Position numbers and translations under genes: made by a program | Assembly (NCBI GenBank): GCA_951406725.2 | Contig: OX597818.1 | Location: 11,842,001 to 11,906,000, forward strand | Direction of reading: 5' to 3' | DNA: 64,000 nucleotides | From: Octopus vulgaris | Taxonomy: Eukaryota | Part shown: positions 12,095-24,011 of the stretch, piece by piece | Position numbering within the stretch: the first letter of the stretch is position 1 | Layout: every line of letters begins with the position of its first letter | Notes under the pieces: model-generated | What the model was told of the DNA's origin: nothing | The model's database searches: none | Seen by the model: only the letters and a program-made list of their open reading frames with translations

Positions 12095-12949
12095 TTAAAC
12101 ATGTTAGAGCATGTCTCAGCATTAGCAGCAGTATTGTTGCCACTGTGGTCAGCACTATCAAATCATTCAAAGCTAGGTAATATTTATGGTAAGTCCAGTT
12201 AATTTCCGGCAGGTCTTCTCAAAATAGAAGCAGAATTTCAGCATTTCACTACTCTCCTGCCTTCTCTCTTACTCTGTCCACACCTCCTTTATTCCCTTTC
12301 TTTCTTGTCTATCTCCTTCTACATTTCTTTCTTTCTATCTGTCCCCTGTCTCCCTTTATTTGCTTCCATCTTTTCCTCAGCCCTTCACCCTCCCTTCCAT
12401 TTCTCTTTTCACCCTTCCTTTGGTAACTTGTTGGTCATGCTCTCTTGGGCTCCCACCTTGGCATTTTCTTTCAACCCTGGGTTTGTCTCATTTTCCCACC
12501 TTTCATTCTATCTTTCTATTTCTTCCATCCTTTCACTTTTCTTTCTATCTTCCTATCTCTCTGCTCTCTTTTCCAAATCCTATAGGACATCATTTCCCAT
12601 CAGCATTTATGTCTTGTCTTAATACTGTCTCATAGCCATGAGGCCTTTATTTGTATGTATATATTTATAGATATATACCAAATAGAAGTGTTGTTTGTTT
12701 TCATTACCATCTTTTATGTCCACTCACTTATTCCCAGCAGTTTTTTGCTGCTGATGCCACTAAGATGAACAAAATTGTTATGATTTTTAGATGATAATTG
12801 ATGAGGGAAGAGCACAGCCACGTCTTGTGCATGAATTTTCTGTGTTCCTTTGTCATCCTTCTGTGTAATTCTTGAATCCTATATATATATATATATATTA
12901 TATATTACATATATATTATATATATATATTATTGTACTTGTTTGGACAC

Positions 12950-13552
12950 AAATCTCTGCTTGTGAAGACCTGTTGAGGCAAGTAAATTCGAAATCGAACC
13001 AAATTCGACGACTGGCACTCATGCCAACCTCTCTTCATTGGACACTAAACTCTGCTTGCAAAGACCTGTTGAAGCAAGTGAAATCGAAATTGAACCAAAT
13101 TCAATGACTGGCACCCGTGCCAGTGGAGTGCTACCAGCTCCATCTGAACGGGATCACTTCCAGAGCAGTTGTCTGGCTTCTGTGCCGGTGGGCATGTAAA
13201 AAGCACCATTTGAACATGATTGTTACCAGCGTCGCCTCACTGGCACGTGAACAAAACATTCGAGCGAGGTTGTTGCCAGTGCCGCTGGAATGACTCCTGT
13301 GCAGGTGGCACGTAATAAACACCATTTCGAGCGTGGCCGTTGCCAGTACCACCAGATTGGCCCTCGTGCAGGTGGCACGTAAAAGCACCCACTACACTCT
13401 CGGAGTGATTGGCGTTAGAAAGGGCATCCAGCTGTAGAAACTTTGCCAGATGAGATTGGAGCCTGGCACAGCCACCTGATTCGCCAGTCATCAGTCAAAT
13501 CATCCAACCCACGCTAGCATGGAAAGTGGACGTTAAACGATGATGATGATGA
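12950..13552 (+). mobile_element. RTE-LINE 3'UTR fragment or RTE-tail SINE (family C) ending in (GAT)n
   Basis: Ends GCTAGCATGGAAAGTGGACGTTAAACGATGATGAT, matching the 3' end of the RTE at 56792. Contains a ~97-bp internal duplication and GTGGCACGTAAAAGCACC sub-repeats. Shorter copies near 1050, 7265, 19500, 35690, 42750, 47095 and 48878. Confidence 0.82.
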
Positions 13553-14630
13553 TTCAGTCATTTATCTGTGACCATACTGCAACACTGATTTAAGGAGTTT
13601 TTAGTTGAAGAAATTGACCCCAGGACTTATTCTTTGTAAGAGATAACAATATAATTTCAGGTACTTATTCTATCGGTGTCTTTTGCCAAACTGCTAAGTT
13701 ACAGGGACATAATGCCACCAACATTGATTGTCAAGTGATGTGGGGTGGGGGTGGGGGGCTGAGACACACACACACACACACACACACATGATGGGCTTCT
13801 TTCAATTTCCATCTAACAACAGAAAGAGTATTAATACTGAAAGGTATTTCAGTATTAATATTTTTTCTGTTCTTATCAATTACTTTTTAATATGCCCACT
13901 GGCTTTTTGCAAGGCCATTGCCTGAATAGACATTGAATTTCTATATATTATTGGCAGGAGAATCAGCTGTTATCCAGCTGCTGGCCATCTGTGGCTGAGG
14001 AACCCATAGCAAGGTGTAATCATGTGACCTGGCTGTTCTGGTGGCTGTAACAGATGATTCACATCTGTTAGAGATAGAATTATGAGAGCTTTTTTGTACC
14101 ATTCATCCTTATAAGAAATGCCCTCTAGGTAAATGAGGCAGTATTCTTTGTTCTAACATAACTTCCACGTATCTCTTACAAAGAATAAGTCCTGGGGTTG
14201 ATCTGTTCAACTAAAACCCTTCAAGGCGGTGCTCTACCATGAACACAGTCAAATGACTGAAACAAATAAAAGAAGAAAAACAATATAAAATATTTCCAGG
14301 ATTCAAGAGAATCAGGTACTTAAATAGTGAAAGCACCAAGGTCATGTCAGTGATAGCATTATCACTAACCGAATTTGGAATGGTAGACTCAAATAGCACT
14401 GTATACTTGTTCTTGAGAAGTTCTGAATGTTCAATTCTTACCTATATTCACCTGATGAAAACAGTTTTTTTTTTTTTGCATGATGTAACACTTCTGTTCA
14501 TCAATAAAAAAAACACCTCTGAAACAGCTGTTGTGAAGCACAATCCATTTGTTATTTGTTTGACTCTGCAAGTGAGAATGAGCTACAATAAAAAGAAAAA
14601 TACCTAACCAACTAGTTTTGAAATACTTAC

Positions 14631-14794
14631 AATTATTTCCACTGCAGACTGACCAAGAGACTCTGATTCAAGAAGGGTAGCTCCAAATCCTAGGGCACTA
14701 ATCTTATTTCCAATCTGGGATGGTAGAATGTAAGCTGGGTCATATTTCACTTCAGCTTTTTGAGACATCAATGCTACAAGGACGTTTTGTACAC
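14631..14794 (-). CDS. ATP7: ATP7 exon: second half of the HMA domain (GVQNVLVALMSQKAEVKYDP...)
   Basis: Acceptor ttttgcAG at 14796-14795; VLVALMSQKAEVKYDP matches the ATP7 MBD5-type motif; donor GTAAGT at 14630 (phase 0). Confidence 0.95.
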
Positions 14795-15054
14795 CTGCAA
14801 AATCAATCAATAGCAAAATTTCCATTTCAGTCAATCAACCAATATTTTCTTTTTAATCTCAAACGAGTACAATAAGAAGGGGTTAAGGACAGTTTAATCA
14901 AAGAAATGAAAGCGGTATTTATGACTCATATTAGTGGAGCAAAGAGAGAAAAACCACAACTCATAAGTTGTTGCTAACTACTATTTTGATTTTGAAATAA
15001 CCTAATTGGAAATCAGCGATTGCAGCTGTATCTCAGATTTAACAGGTAAACCTC

Positions 15055-15320
15055 CTGTCAGATGTAGTTACACATCACTGGTCACAATGCACTTCCATGC
15101 ATTGTTGTAGCTTTCAAATGATGGCATCCCATAGGCTAAGCAGGCATGTCAACATTCCTCCTAAACAGGGAAATGTCACAGGGTTACCCATTTACAATCT
15201 GAATGGACAGGAGCAACACGACATGAAGTGTTTTGCTCAAGAACACAACACATCACCAGTGTGGGAATTGAAACCATAATCTTGTGATCTTGAGTACAAA
15301 ACCCTAAACAGTAGGCCATA
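15055..15320 (-). mobile_element. Degenerate tRNA/CORE-type SINE
   Basis: Minus strand reads GGCCTACTGTTTAGGG...GGTTTCAATTCCCA...TTGTGTTCTTGAGCAAAACACTT (A/B-box-like head plus CORE-like segment). Confidence 0.55.
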
Positions 15321-15872
15321 AAGGTTTCTTTTACACCATAAAGAACCAATGTACTATATACTTATGAAGTAATTGTTTTGATATTAAGATACTGGACCAT
15401 TGATCAAGCCCCCAAGCTCATGTGTTCACTGGACAAGACACATACATCTGTATGTCTTTGACTGTTTGACATCACTGTTATTGTGATTATTAAAAACAAC
15501 TTCTCTAACAATATACTACCAGTCTATTGGTCTTTGGATGCCTTCAGCTGAGTGGTGAACATTACACATCAACCAGCTTGACACGACCATCTAGCCTGCT
15601 GGTGCTTGTATGTGACAAGTACTTATATTTGACAAGTACTTAAATAAAACTTCTAGTTCCTTCCCCATCCATGACTGTTCTGGCAAACATTAACAAGCAT
15701 ATATTCAAACTAAATACAGGCTGCAACAATTTCAACAGTTAAGACAGAGAGGAAAAGAACATGGGCACTATTAACCTCAGCCCAGTTCATTACATCTGTA
15801 ACTAAATTATAGAAAGAAAAAAAAGTAAAAAGAAAATAAATAATAATGATGATAGTAGTAGTAGCAGCAGCA

Positions 15873-16380
15873 GCCTGATGCCATACCAGACAGTGGTTCT
15901 CATGGCTTCTGATCTTAACTGACTGGAAGTGTTATCATGTACATTGTTTTGCCTTCATATAAAAGATGGGCTATGCAAATATTCTGCTCAATACCACAGA
16001 TTTGCTTGTCAGTTGTTTGACTGTAACCAGTTGAGCATGTCCCTTAGTAGCTGACGATATGTGCATCTTTGATCATGAGCAGAAATAATGGGGGAGCATC
16101 ATAGCCATGTGTTGAAAGAAATTCTTTGAGGTTTGGATAATTCACCCCTGAAATATGAGTGTTTCATTCAACATCCTTAAACAACCCTTATTCAGAGACC
16201 TTTTGAGTGGGATGGGCTACTCGATCTGAAGAAAATTCTAACTAGGCTTCACCTGCAAGGTCATGTGCAGTTTGTGATGCATGTTGTACTCTTATCAAAC
16301 AGGTATTCATGATGGGCATATTGGGATTTGTATATTTGTACCCCAGTGTCACTTTGATGGCATCTGTTGCTTTCTCTCAA
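15873..16380. mobile_element. Family D repeat copy
   Basis: Colinear with 5257-5813 apart from a small internal deletion; flanked by trinucleotide repeats. Confidence 0.85.
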
Positions 16381-16702
16381 TAATAATAACAATAATCCTT
16401 TCTACTAAAGGCACAAGGCCTGAAATTATGGGGGAGGGGACTAGTCGATTACATCAACCCCAGTATTTCCCTTGTACTTAATTTATCAATCCCAAAAGGA
16501 TGAGAGGCAAAGTCAGCCTTGGTGGAATTTGAACTTAGAACATAAAGACAGGCAAAATACTGCTAAGCATTTTGCCCAGCATGCTAACAATTCTGCCAGC
16601 TCGCCACCTTAATAATAATAGTAATAATGAATTTCTAAAGTTCATGCCACTTATATCAGCATGAAAAATTTGGATGTAAAACTAGAAAAATATAACACTT
16701 AC

Positions 16703-16900
16703 CCTCAACTTTGGAAATGTTGTTTTCGATGAGAGCAACACAAGATGCACATGTCATTCCAGTGACAACAAAGAAGCATTTTTCATATTCTATATTTTCA
16801 AGTGCATCATCGTTGCTACTGAAATGAACAATCGAGCTGCCAACATCAATAGCAACATTTGTCTCAGGGCTTTTAACCATGCTATTTCTATTTTTCTCTT
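16703..16900 (-). CDS. ATP7: ATP7 exon: linker and first half of the next HMA domain (GMTCASC)
   Basis: Acceptor tttatttcAG (16902-16901) is phase-1 compatible; reads EEKNRNSMVKSP...KCFFVVTGMTCASCVALIENNISKVE; donor G/GTAAGT at 16702. Confidence 0.95.
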
Positions 16901-17218
16901 CTGAAATAAAGAAACAAAAAAATTATAATAATACTTATGATGAAGATATCTGATATAGATATAAGGCTACCACTAAAACATTCAGAGTATTGATCTTTTG
17001 TTTCAGTTGGAATTTAGCAGGAATATAAGGCAAAAACAAGTGACTGGACACCAAAGGTATTAACTGATGTTATTGCTTTTGTTTAGCCACAGGTCAGCCC
17101 TGGTCAGGCAGATTTATGAAGAAAAGTGAGCATGTGTATTTTGGGATTTTTTTTTTTTTTTGTGGAGAGGGTCCTTTTGTTTTAGTTCATAATCTATACA
17201 GGACCACATAATTTTATG

Positions 17219-17482
17219 TGGAGGCACATGGCCTAGTGGTTAGAGCAGCAGACTTGCGGTCGAGGGTTCAAATCTCAGACCGGACGATTGTGTGTTTATG
17301 AACAAGCGGCTCCAGCAGAAGGTAATGGCGAACTTCTGACTCTTTCGTCACAACTTTCTCTCACTCCTCCTGCATCTTGAAGCTCACCTGCAACAGACCG
17401 GTGTCCCGTCCAGGTGGGGAACCTACACACCAAGGAAACCAGGAAACCGGCCCTAATGAGCCAAGCGTGGCTCAAGGAACAA
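17219..17482 (+). mobile_element. tRNA-derived SINE with a 13-bp target-site duplication
   Basis: A box TGGCCTAGTGG, B box GGTTCAAATC, V-domain-like CCTGCAACAGACCGGTGTCCCGTCCAGG; TSD ACATAATTTTATG at 17206-17218 and 17483-17495. Confidence 0.85.
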
Positions 17483-18133
17483 ACATAATTTTATGACTCC
17501 TTTTTTAAGACAGCAGAGATTGATTTAAGAGAGATTTGACTGCTATTTCTAGAAGGTCAAACAACCATTTAGAATCTCATTTTTTAGCTGATATGTTGAA
17601 GAGGTAGCCATTTTAGTGTACACAAGTAATGAAAGAATTTTCAGTCAGATACAGGTTCAAAGACGTGTATTTCAGGAAGGAGAGAATAATAAGGAAAACA
17701 AGGAGTTACTGTGAGAAGAGATGTTGCAGACCACAAATCAGAATTGTAGATACAACAACATTCCAGCTATATGTTGGATAAACTTTGCAAAGAGAAAAAC
17801 GAAAGGTAAGAACTTTATCAACCTTCTATGATAACAGGATCAGATGGGATTGGAAAGCAGTAAGTTTGTACAAATAAGGACATTATATGAGTAAGAAGTG
17901 TGTATTTATTGATGGTGGTGCACTTATTCTTACTCATGCAAAGGAGAAGTATGGGAAAATGAGAAGAATGCACATGGAAAACAAGGATTACTCCAGACAG
18001 AAGCAATAAAGGCAACAGATACCGAATTAAGAGTTAAACAACTGAAATGGATATGAAGAGTCAAAAAGCAGCCACACTATGAGGGAATGTTGCTGAGATG
18101 ATGAGAATATCTAGTGAAGTAGATGTCCTAACC

Positions 18134-18316
18134 CAGTGGTTCCCAAACTGTGATCCGCAAAGGTAGTACTGAGGGTCCGTGAACTAAATTCAAAATTTTG
18201 TGTGTATATACACACACACACACACACATACATAAGGATAAGCATATTAAAAGGGGTCTGTGGGAAAACTCATTTAAATACAAAGAGTCCTTAGTAGTGA
18301 AAAGGTCGGGAACCAG
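18134..18316. mobile_element. hAT (Charlie/MER5-like) MITE
   Basis: Left end CAGTGGTTCCCAAAC; right end GGTCGGGAACCAG (degenerate); 8-bp TSD TCCTAACC / TCCTAATC. Confidence 0.72.
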
Positions 18317-18512
18317 TCCTAATCCCTTGCAAAGTCAATCAGGTAATACAAGGAGTCAGTCTCAATGATGGACGTAACAGTATCATCAACTATTACATAG
18401 GCAAAGATGTTCCAGAAAGAGCAAATGCAGAGGCATCATATAGACGTCCAAGCTCTAAAAGTAATACAAAGAGATGAAATACTGCTAAGCATTTTGCCCA
18501 GCAGGCTAAATG

Positions 18513-18557
<45 letters not shown>

Positions 18558-18672
18558 TAGTATACAGGGTAAGAGAGGGTGGGAGAGGGGGAGAGGGGGA
18601 GAAAACATGATTGGATAGATTGTTTACATTATTTACATTTGATGGATATTTGTCCTCATCTTGTTTGTTATT

Positions 18673-18718
18673 AACACAACGTTTCGGCTGATATACTCTC
18701 CAGCCTTCATCAGGTGTC
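18673..18718 (-). ncRNA. Minimal type I hammerhead ribozyme (Penelope/retrozyme-like)
   Basis: Minus strand GACAC-CTGATGA-A-GGCTG(gagagtatat)CAGCC-GAAAC-GTT-GTGTT: intact CUGAUGA and GAAA core, stem I ACAC/GTGT, 5-bp stem II, palindromic AACGTT in place of stem III, GUU cleavage triplet. Confidence 0.75.
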
Positions 18719-19099
18719 TTGCGGAAATTTCAAATCTGGGTTCTCATTCCTTAGGTATTTTTCATTGTTGTTGTTGTTATTATTATTATTATTATCATCA
18801 TTATTCAGGTCACTGCTTGGGTAGGTTGTAAAAGCATGAGACAAGCATTGTGCATGAGGAGAAGGAAACTAATTAGGAAGAAATTTAGCTTAGTTGGTAT
18901 GACAGTCACTGATTCAGAAAAGGTCTCTGTCTGCGTATCCATGCTCTGAAGACTGGTGGTCATGAAGAAAATTAGATATAGATTAATGCTTTCTAGGTAG
19001 TTGCGCAATAAAATCAGTAAGGTGTTTAACATGCAGATAAGTGCCTATCAGAGCCTGGTTCACAACCTCTCTTGTATATTATACTTCTCCAGGTCATAG

Positions 19100-20170
19100 A
19101 AGTTCAATACAGGCTATCTGTAAGAACTTCTGGATCTGAATGCTAATATCCAACTTCTCATAGCTAAATCTGTTGCAAAAGTAAAGAAATTCCAAACATT
19201 GAAGTAAAGCCTACAATGAAGAGGTTTTAAAGTAAACACAGCAAATGTTTCAGTTAATAGGAAGACAGGAAGTGACCATACTCAATAAGCAAAAAAAGAA
19301 TTAAGCAACAATGAATCTAATGTAAAGTATGAGTACAGAAGAGATGCAGTAGAGTCACAGGCAGGTCAAGAGAGAAGACTATGTATGTAATAAATGCACA
19401 AGAGCAGTTATTAGAAAAAGCACCCTGGAAAAATAAATTCATTCAAATGCTCAAAAAAACTCCCTTTAGTTGACCTAAATGACAGTGAAAGAAAGAGATC
19501 ATCATCATTTAACGTCCATTGTCAATGTTGGCATGGGTTGGATGGTTTGACCAAGGCTGGTAAGCTGAGGGGCTGTACCAAATGCCAGTCTGCTTTGGCA
19601 TGGTTTCTATGGCTGGAGGCCCTTCCTAATGCCAATCACTTTGAGAGTGTAATGGGTGTTTTGTGTGTCACCGGCATCAGTGCCAGTTGTGTGACACCAG
19701 TATCTGCCACAACTACAATTTCACTTGGCTTGATGGGTCTTCTTTTCAAGCACAGCATATTGCCAAAGTGAAAGAAAGTGTTATGAAAGTATAATAGCTA
19801 GGTGAAGAATGGGATAGAAAAAAGTTCAAGATGTTATGACATTTGTGGACTACAAAGGGAGTCACTCTCCAAGTGAAGGGTAAATTGTATGATACCTGTA
19901 TATAAAGTGCAAAAATACAAGGTAACAAGACATGAGCACTGAATGCAAAGGATATGCAGAAAGACAAGAAGTGAGCATGCTATCCTGGATGTGTAATGTT
20001 AGTGTGCATGAAAAAAAATGTTGAAAACTAGATATAAAAGGAAATTAAGCGTATTGTGCTAGAAAGAAGACAAAAGTTAGTACAGGCATGTGATGTGTAT
20101 GAAGAATGACTATTGAATAAAAAAAATACCAAGTGAATTCAAGTGGAAGAGGAAGTCCACCAGATATGGT
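19100..20170 (+). mobile_element. Highly degenerate RTE-LINE ORF2 relic, interrupted by a family C insertion at ~19500-19770
   Basis: Colinear with the 57400-58400 RTE, e.g. GTGAAGGGTAAATTGTATGAT (VKGKLYD) and TGGATGTGTAATGTTAGTGTGCAT (WMCNVSVH); many stops. Confidence 0.65.
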
Positions 20171-22092
20171 TGAAATTCCTCTTGAACAATTAGAAAGAGA
20201 TGACTGTAAGAGAAATATAGGCAAAGTGGGAATTTTAGAAGAAGAAGGAGTTGGTGAAGCATTTAGTGAAGTATCCAGGATGGGCTGAAGATGATAAGAG
20301 AAGGAGAAATGAGTGAGTTGGACTGGCCTATCTAGAATGGGGATAGGACTATCCTGCCCTGAGGATTAGAAGTCACTGTAAAGGCATTAAAAAAGACAGA
20401 CTGAGTAGACAGTATGTTTGTGAACCAGAAACTGAAATGAGTTAGTGAATAACTTCACATCAATCAGTTGCAAGGAATTGTTTTGGATTGCAGCCAATGA
20501 GATCTGTGTCTAGCAGCATCACCATTCCAGATACAGGAATTGTTATCCATTGTGGGTTTCACTTGAGTATTCAACAGTGTTGGTAATTGTTGAAAACTAA
20601 AATATTTTCTGGCTCTGTGATGAAGATCAGTCTTTGTAATGCAGGTTTTGCTATGTTGAGGACGTGACATCATCAAAAGAGATCATTCATGATGGCAAGG
20701 TGCAACACCTGTAACTGTTTTAAGGGGTTTAAGTGTGCATTATTCTTGTTTACCAAAGGGTGAGATGCAATATTGATGATCATAGGTCTCTTGTCTAAGG
20801 CTGGTCTGAGGATGAAAAATAACATTTGGGAAGAACATTTTAGTTAACGTAGTCCAAGATATTCTTAATAAAAGTAATATGATGGTCGAAGTTAGAATTC
20901 CTTTGATTATGGATCCATCTGATCAGGTTTGAGCTGGGACTTAAATACAACAGTCTTCAGTTTTTAGTTTCAACCCATTTTAAGGGTACTGCACTATACC
21001 TAAGACAGCAGAATTTTACATTATGTCACTTTGCCTAGTTAGAGGGAAAGGTACTATGCCAGCTGGGAATATTACCAACAATATACAAGGAAAAACATTC
21101 ATTCCCTTTGAACTTAAAAAAATTTCAGAAAACAATAAGTACCATGCAATGACAGAAGAATTGTTACTATAAACACTTATTGCTGCCTTTAAAATTGAGA
21201 AGTCGAATGAATTTGAACAAACTTGATAAATTCCTGGAGTAATTCCTATTTTAACAACTGAATAGTGTCTTCTTACTACAACCTAGTAAACTGCAAAGTG
21301 GAAGTGACATCTATTTTTTCATTCTCCTCTATATTACTGAATAATGATGATGCTAGAAATAGTAACTAAATCTCCTTCAAGCCACAAGGTGGGAAAAAGT
21401 ATATATCAAATAGTGTAGTTCTAGATCTACCATAAATAAAAATCAAGATTCAAGGAAATGAGAAATGATATGTATCAACAAATATCAGTTAATCAAGTTC
21501 CCAAATTTAAATAGTTTGCATGTTGTTGGGGTGACAGGAACATTAATATTTCAGGAAAGACCCTTTTCACAGAAAGAAAGGGTTTTCTCTGAAGAACACA
21601 GCCAAAAGCATTAATATTCAGATCTCTCCCAAAGCATACAAACTAATTCAAATTTCCAAATTAGATATATTCCACCTGAAGAAAAGGTGATTTTGTTACT
21701 GTATGAATTTTTTTTTCACACACACATGTGTGTGATCCATTCAGTCAGCAGTAACCTCAGATTAAACAACTGACCAATGAAGTTTGAAGTGACAGAAACA
21801 CCTGTTTTTCTTCACCTGACAGTAGCCACACACACTCGTTCAGGCAGGCAGAGTAAGTGGTCTTGTCTTTCAGAGAACACACTACTTGCATGTTCCTGTC
21901 TTATATTGTTTGCTATCATGGTGTACTCTCTGTTTGCAATGTGTTGCTATAAAAGCAATTAGTTGGCAGGTAGCATGGTTAATGACAAAATAATTCTTGA
22001 GCTTATTATTATGTGGTCAGCTGTCAACCAAGTAGGAAAATAAGGAATAGCTCTAGTAGTTATTAGCAGAAGGATGCAAGCTAAATGCTTAA

Positions 22093-22420
22093 CCCTTTCT
22101 GGATTATTTCTGACAAAACCACACTGTTATTTGTTTTAAATTAAATTTTGAAATAAAGAATTTCATGTTTGGATAGTAAAATTATTGTTTTGATCTTTTT
22201 GTTTTTTATAAATAAATAGTGATACATCAAAGTGATGTCTTAAACAAAACTTAGTAAAACAATGCTGAATCATTTTACCTTCTCTATCCAGTATCATTCA
22301 TATGCATGTAAAAGTAGTTTTAGCTGAAATTGCAATGTAATTAAGAAGAGTTTTTAAGCTTGTGGCTAACAGTGTACTAGGGTCAATGTCACCAGTCAGT
22401 CAGTTTGAAATGACTAAGGG
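22093..22420. mobile_element. Degenerate piggyBac-type MITE related to the 3247 element end
   Basis: TTAA-CCCTTTC start and ATTTCTGAC(C)AAAA similarity to 3247 onward; possible right end TAAGGG-TTGA at ~22420. Confidence 0.45.
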
Positions 22421-22915
22421 TTGAATTCTTTCAGACAGTTAGATATGTTCCTCTTTCCTAGAAAAAAAATTTATGCTACCCATTTTATCATTTAAGATTT
22501 ACTCCCCATCAAATTTGTATCAATGAAAGCAGAATGTCAAAATACTCATTGTTTAAACAATAAACCAATGAATCAAATTCCAAATAAATTAGCCTTAACA
22601 TTCACAGTTTTTGCCTTCAATTTCTTTAATTTCAACATTTGGTGCAAAGACAACAGTTCACTAATTTATTTCCCCCTATCATTAAAAAGGGGTTTATAGA
22701 CCTTGAACACTAAAAGACAAATATGTGGAAATTTAGTATATTATACAAAATGCAGCATTCAGCTAGATGTGAATGATAATAATGAAGTTATTAAAAAAAA
22801 GATTATCTCATGTGAAGGATTATGACAAAGTTGATAATTGCTTTTCTTTTTTTCAATGCACAAAAATATAGACAGGTAATAAACTAGAGAATTCATCCAA
22901 ATTGTTGATACGTAC

Positions 22916-24011
22916 CTGCTACACTTGCTTCAAAACCCATATCATCAATGGCATTGCAGAGTTCAGAAGGAGATGTTGTATCAGGATAGTACTCAATCAC
23001 AGCGTTGTTATCCTTCAGTGAAACAGCAATGCTTTTCACTGAAGAGTGTTCTGAGATTTTCATTTGGATTGTGCTCTGACATGATTTGCATGTCATTCCT
23101 TTAATATTTATCACAACAGTGGCAATCAGATTAAAGGCAGCTGGATTATCTCCCTTGGAGACCTCGGCCTCAAACCCCATATCACTTATAGCTTCAGCAA
23201 TTGATTCTGAACTAAACTTCTCAGGATTATATTTCACTAGAGCATTATTGTTCTCTAGTGACACAGTTATTTTATTGATGCCTGCTTTCTCTGATATTGT
23301 GTTTTCGATGATTGTAACACAGGAACTACAAGACATTCCTTTAATATTGATAATACACATATTTTCTGCTGGGACATTGCGCTTGGCAATTTCATCAAAA
23401 TCTACATCAGAAGAATCACTTTCAGTTAAAGCTGCTTCAAAGCCCATGTCATCAATTTTGTTGCGAAGGGCCTGTGGATTAGTAACCTTCTGGTCATATC
23501 GAATAATAGCACGTTTTTCTTCCAAAGACACTGAAATAAAATCTACACCTGGGAATTTAGAGAGTTCAGATTCAATTGTGCGAACGCATGACTGGCAAGT
23601 CATGCCTTCAATTTGAACAATAGTTTCAGATATAAAGCTTTGTGTTTGATTCATTTTTTTCATGTCAACCTCAATCCCAATAGCTTCTAAAGCTTCTGAA
23701 ATTTGAAGTCCACTAATTTTTGAATTTTGACAATATACAGTTAAGTCTTTGTCTTTTGAAAATTCAACAGAGTTCACTCCATAAATACTAAGCAGCTTGC
23801 TTTCAGCATTCTGCTTTTCTGATACAGTTAATGGTTTTTGAAAGAGAAAATCTAAAGTTTGTTCAGAATCTTTTGTTTCCAATGCTATAGCAGGGTTTAC
23901 TTGTTTAACTCGTGCCATGAAGCCAAGTTGACAAATCTTTTCAACAACATCAAGTGGGGATACTTCAGTGGGACTGTAACGAATAACTGCTTTCTCTTCA
24001 GCTAGCAACAC
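22916..24011 (-). CDS. ATP7: Copper-transporting P1B-ATPase (ATP7A/B-like), large exon: second half of HMA1, a degenerate HMA and three CxxC HMA domains
   Basis: Open frame VLLAEEKAVIRY...GFEASVA containing GMTCQSC, GMSCSSC and GMTCKSC motifs, each followed by an IxDMGFEA helix. Acceptor tttccAG at 24013-24012 (phase 0); donor G/GTACGT at 22915 (phase 1). Confidence 0.96.

Noticed and set aside
12250-12635. Hydrophobic 91-105-aa ORFs
   Set aside because: Low-complexity CT-rich tract with no splice or homology support.
17219-17290. tRNA-like A and B boxes
   Set aside because: SINE head with a TSD and body; no complete cloverleaf.
23086-23616. 176-aa plus-strand ORF
   Set aside because: Antisense shadow of the ATP7 exon with no independent protein features.
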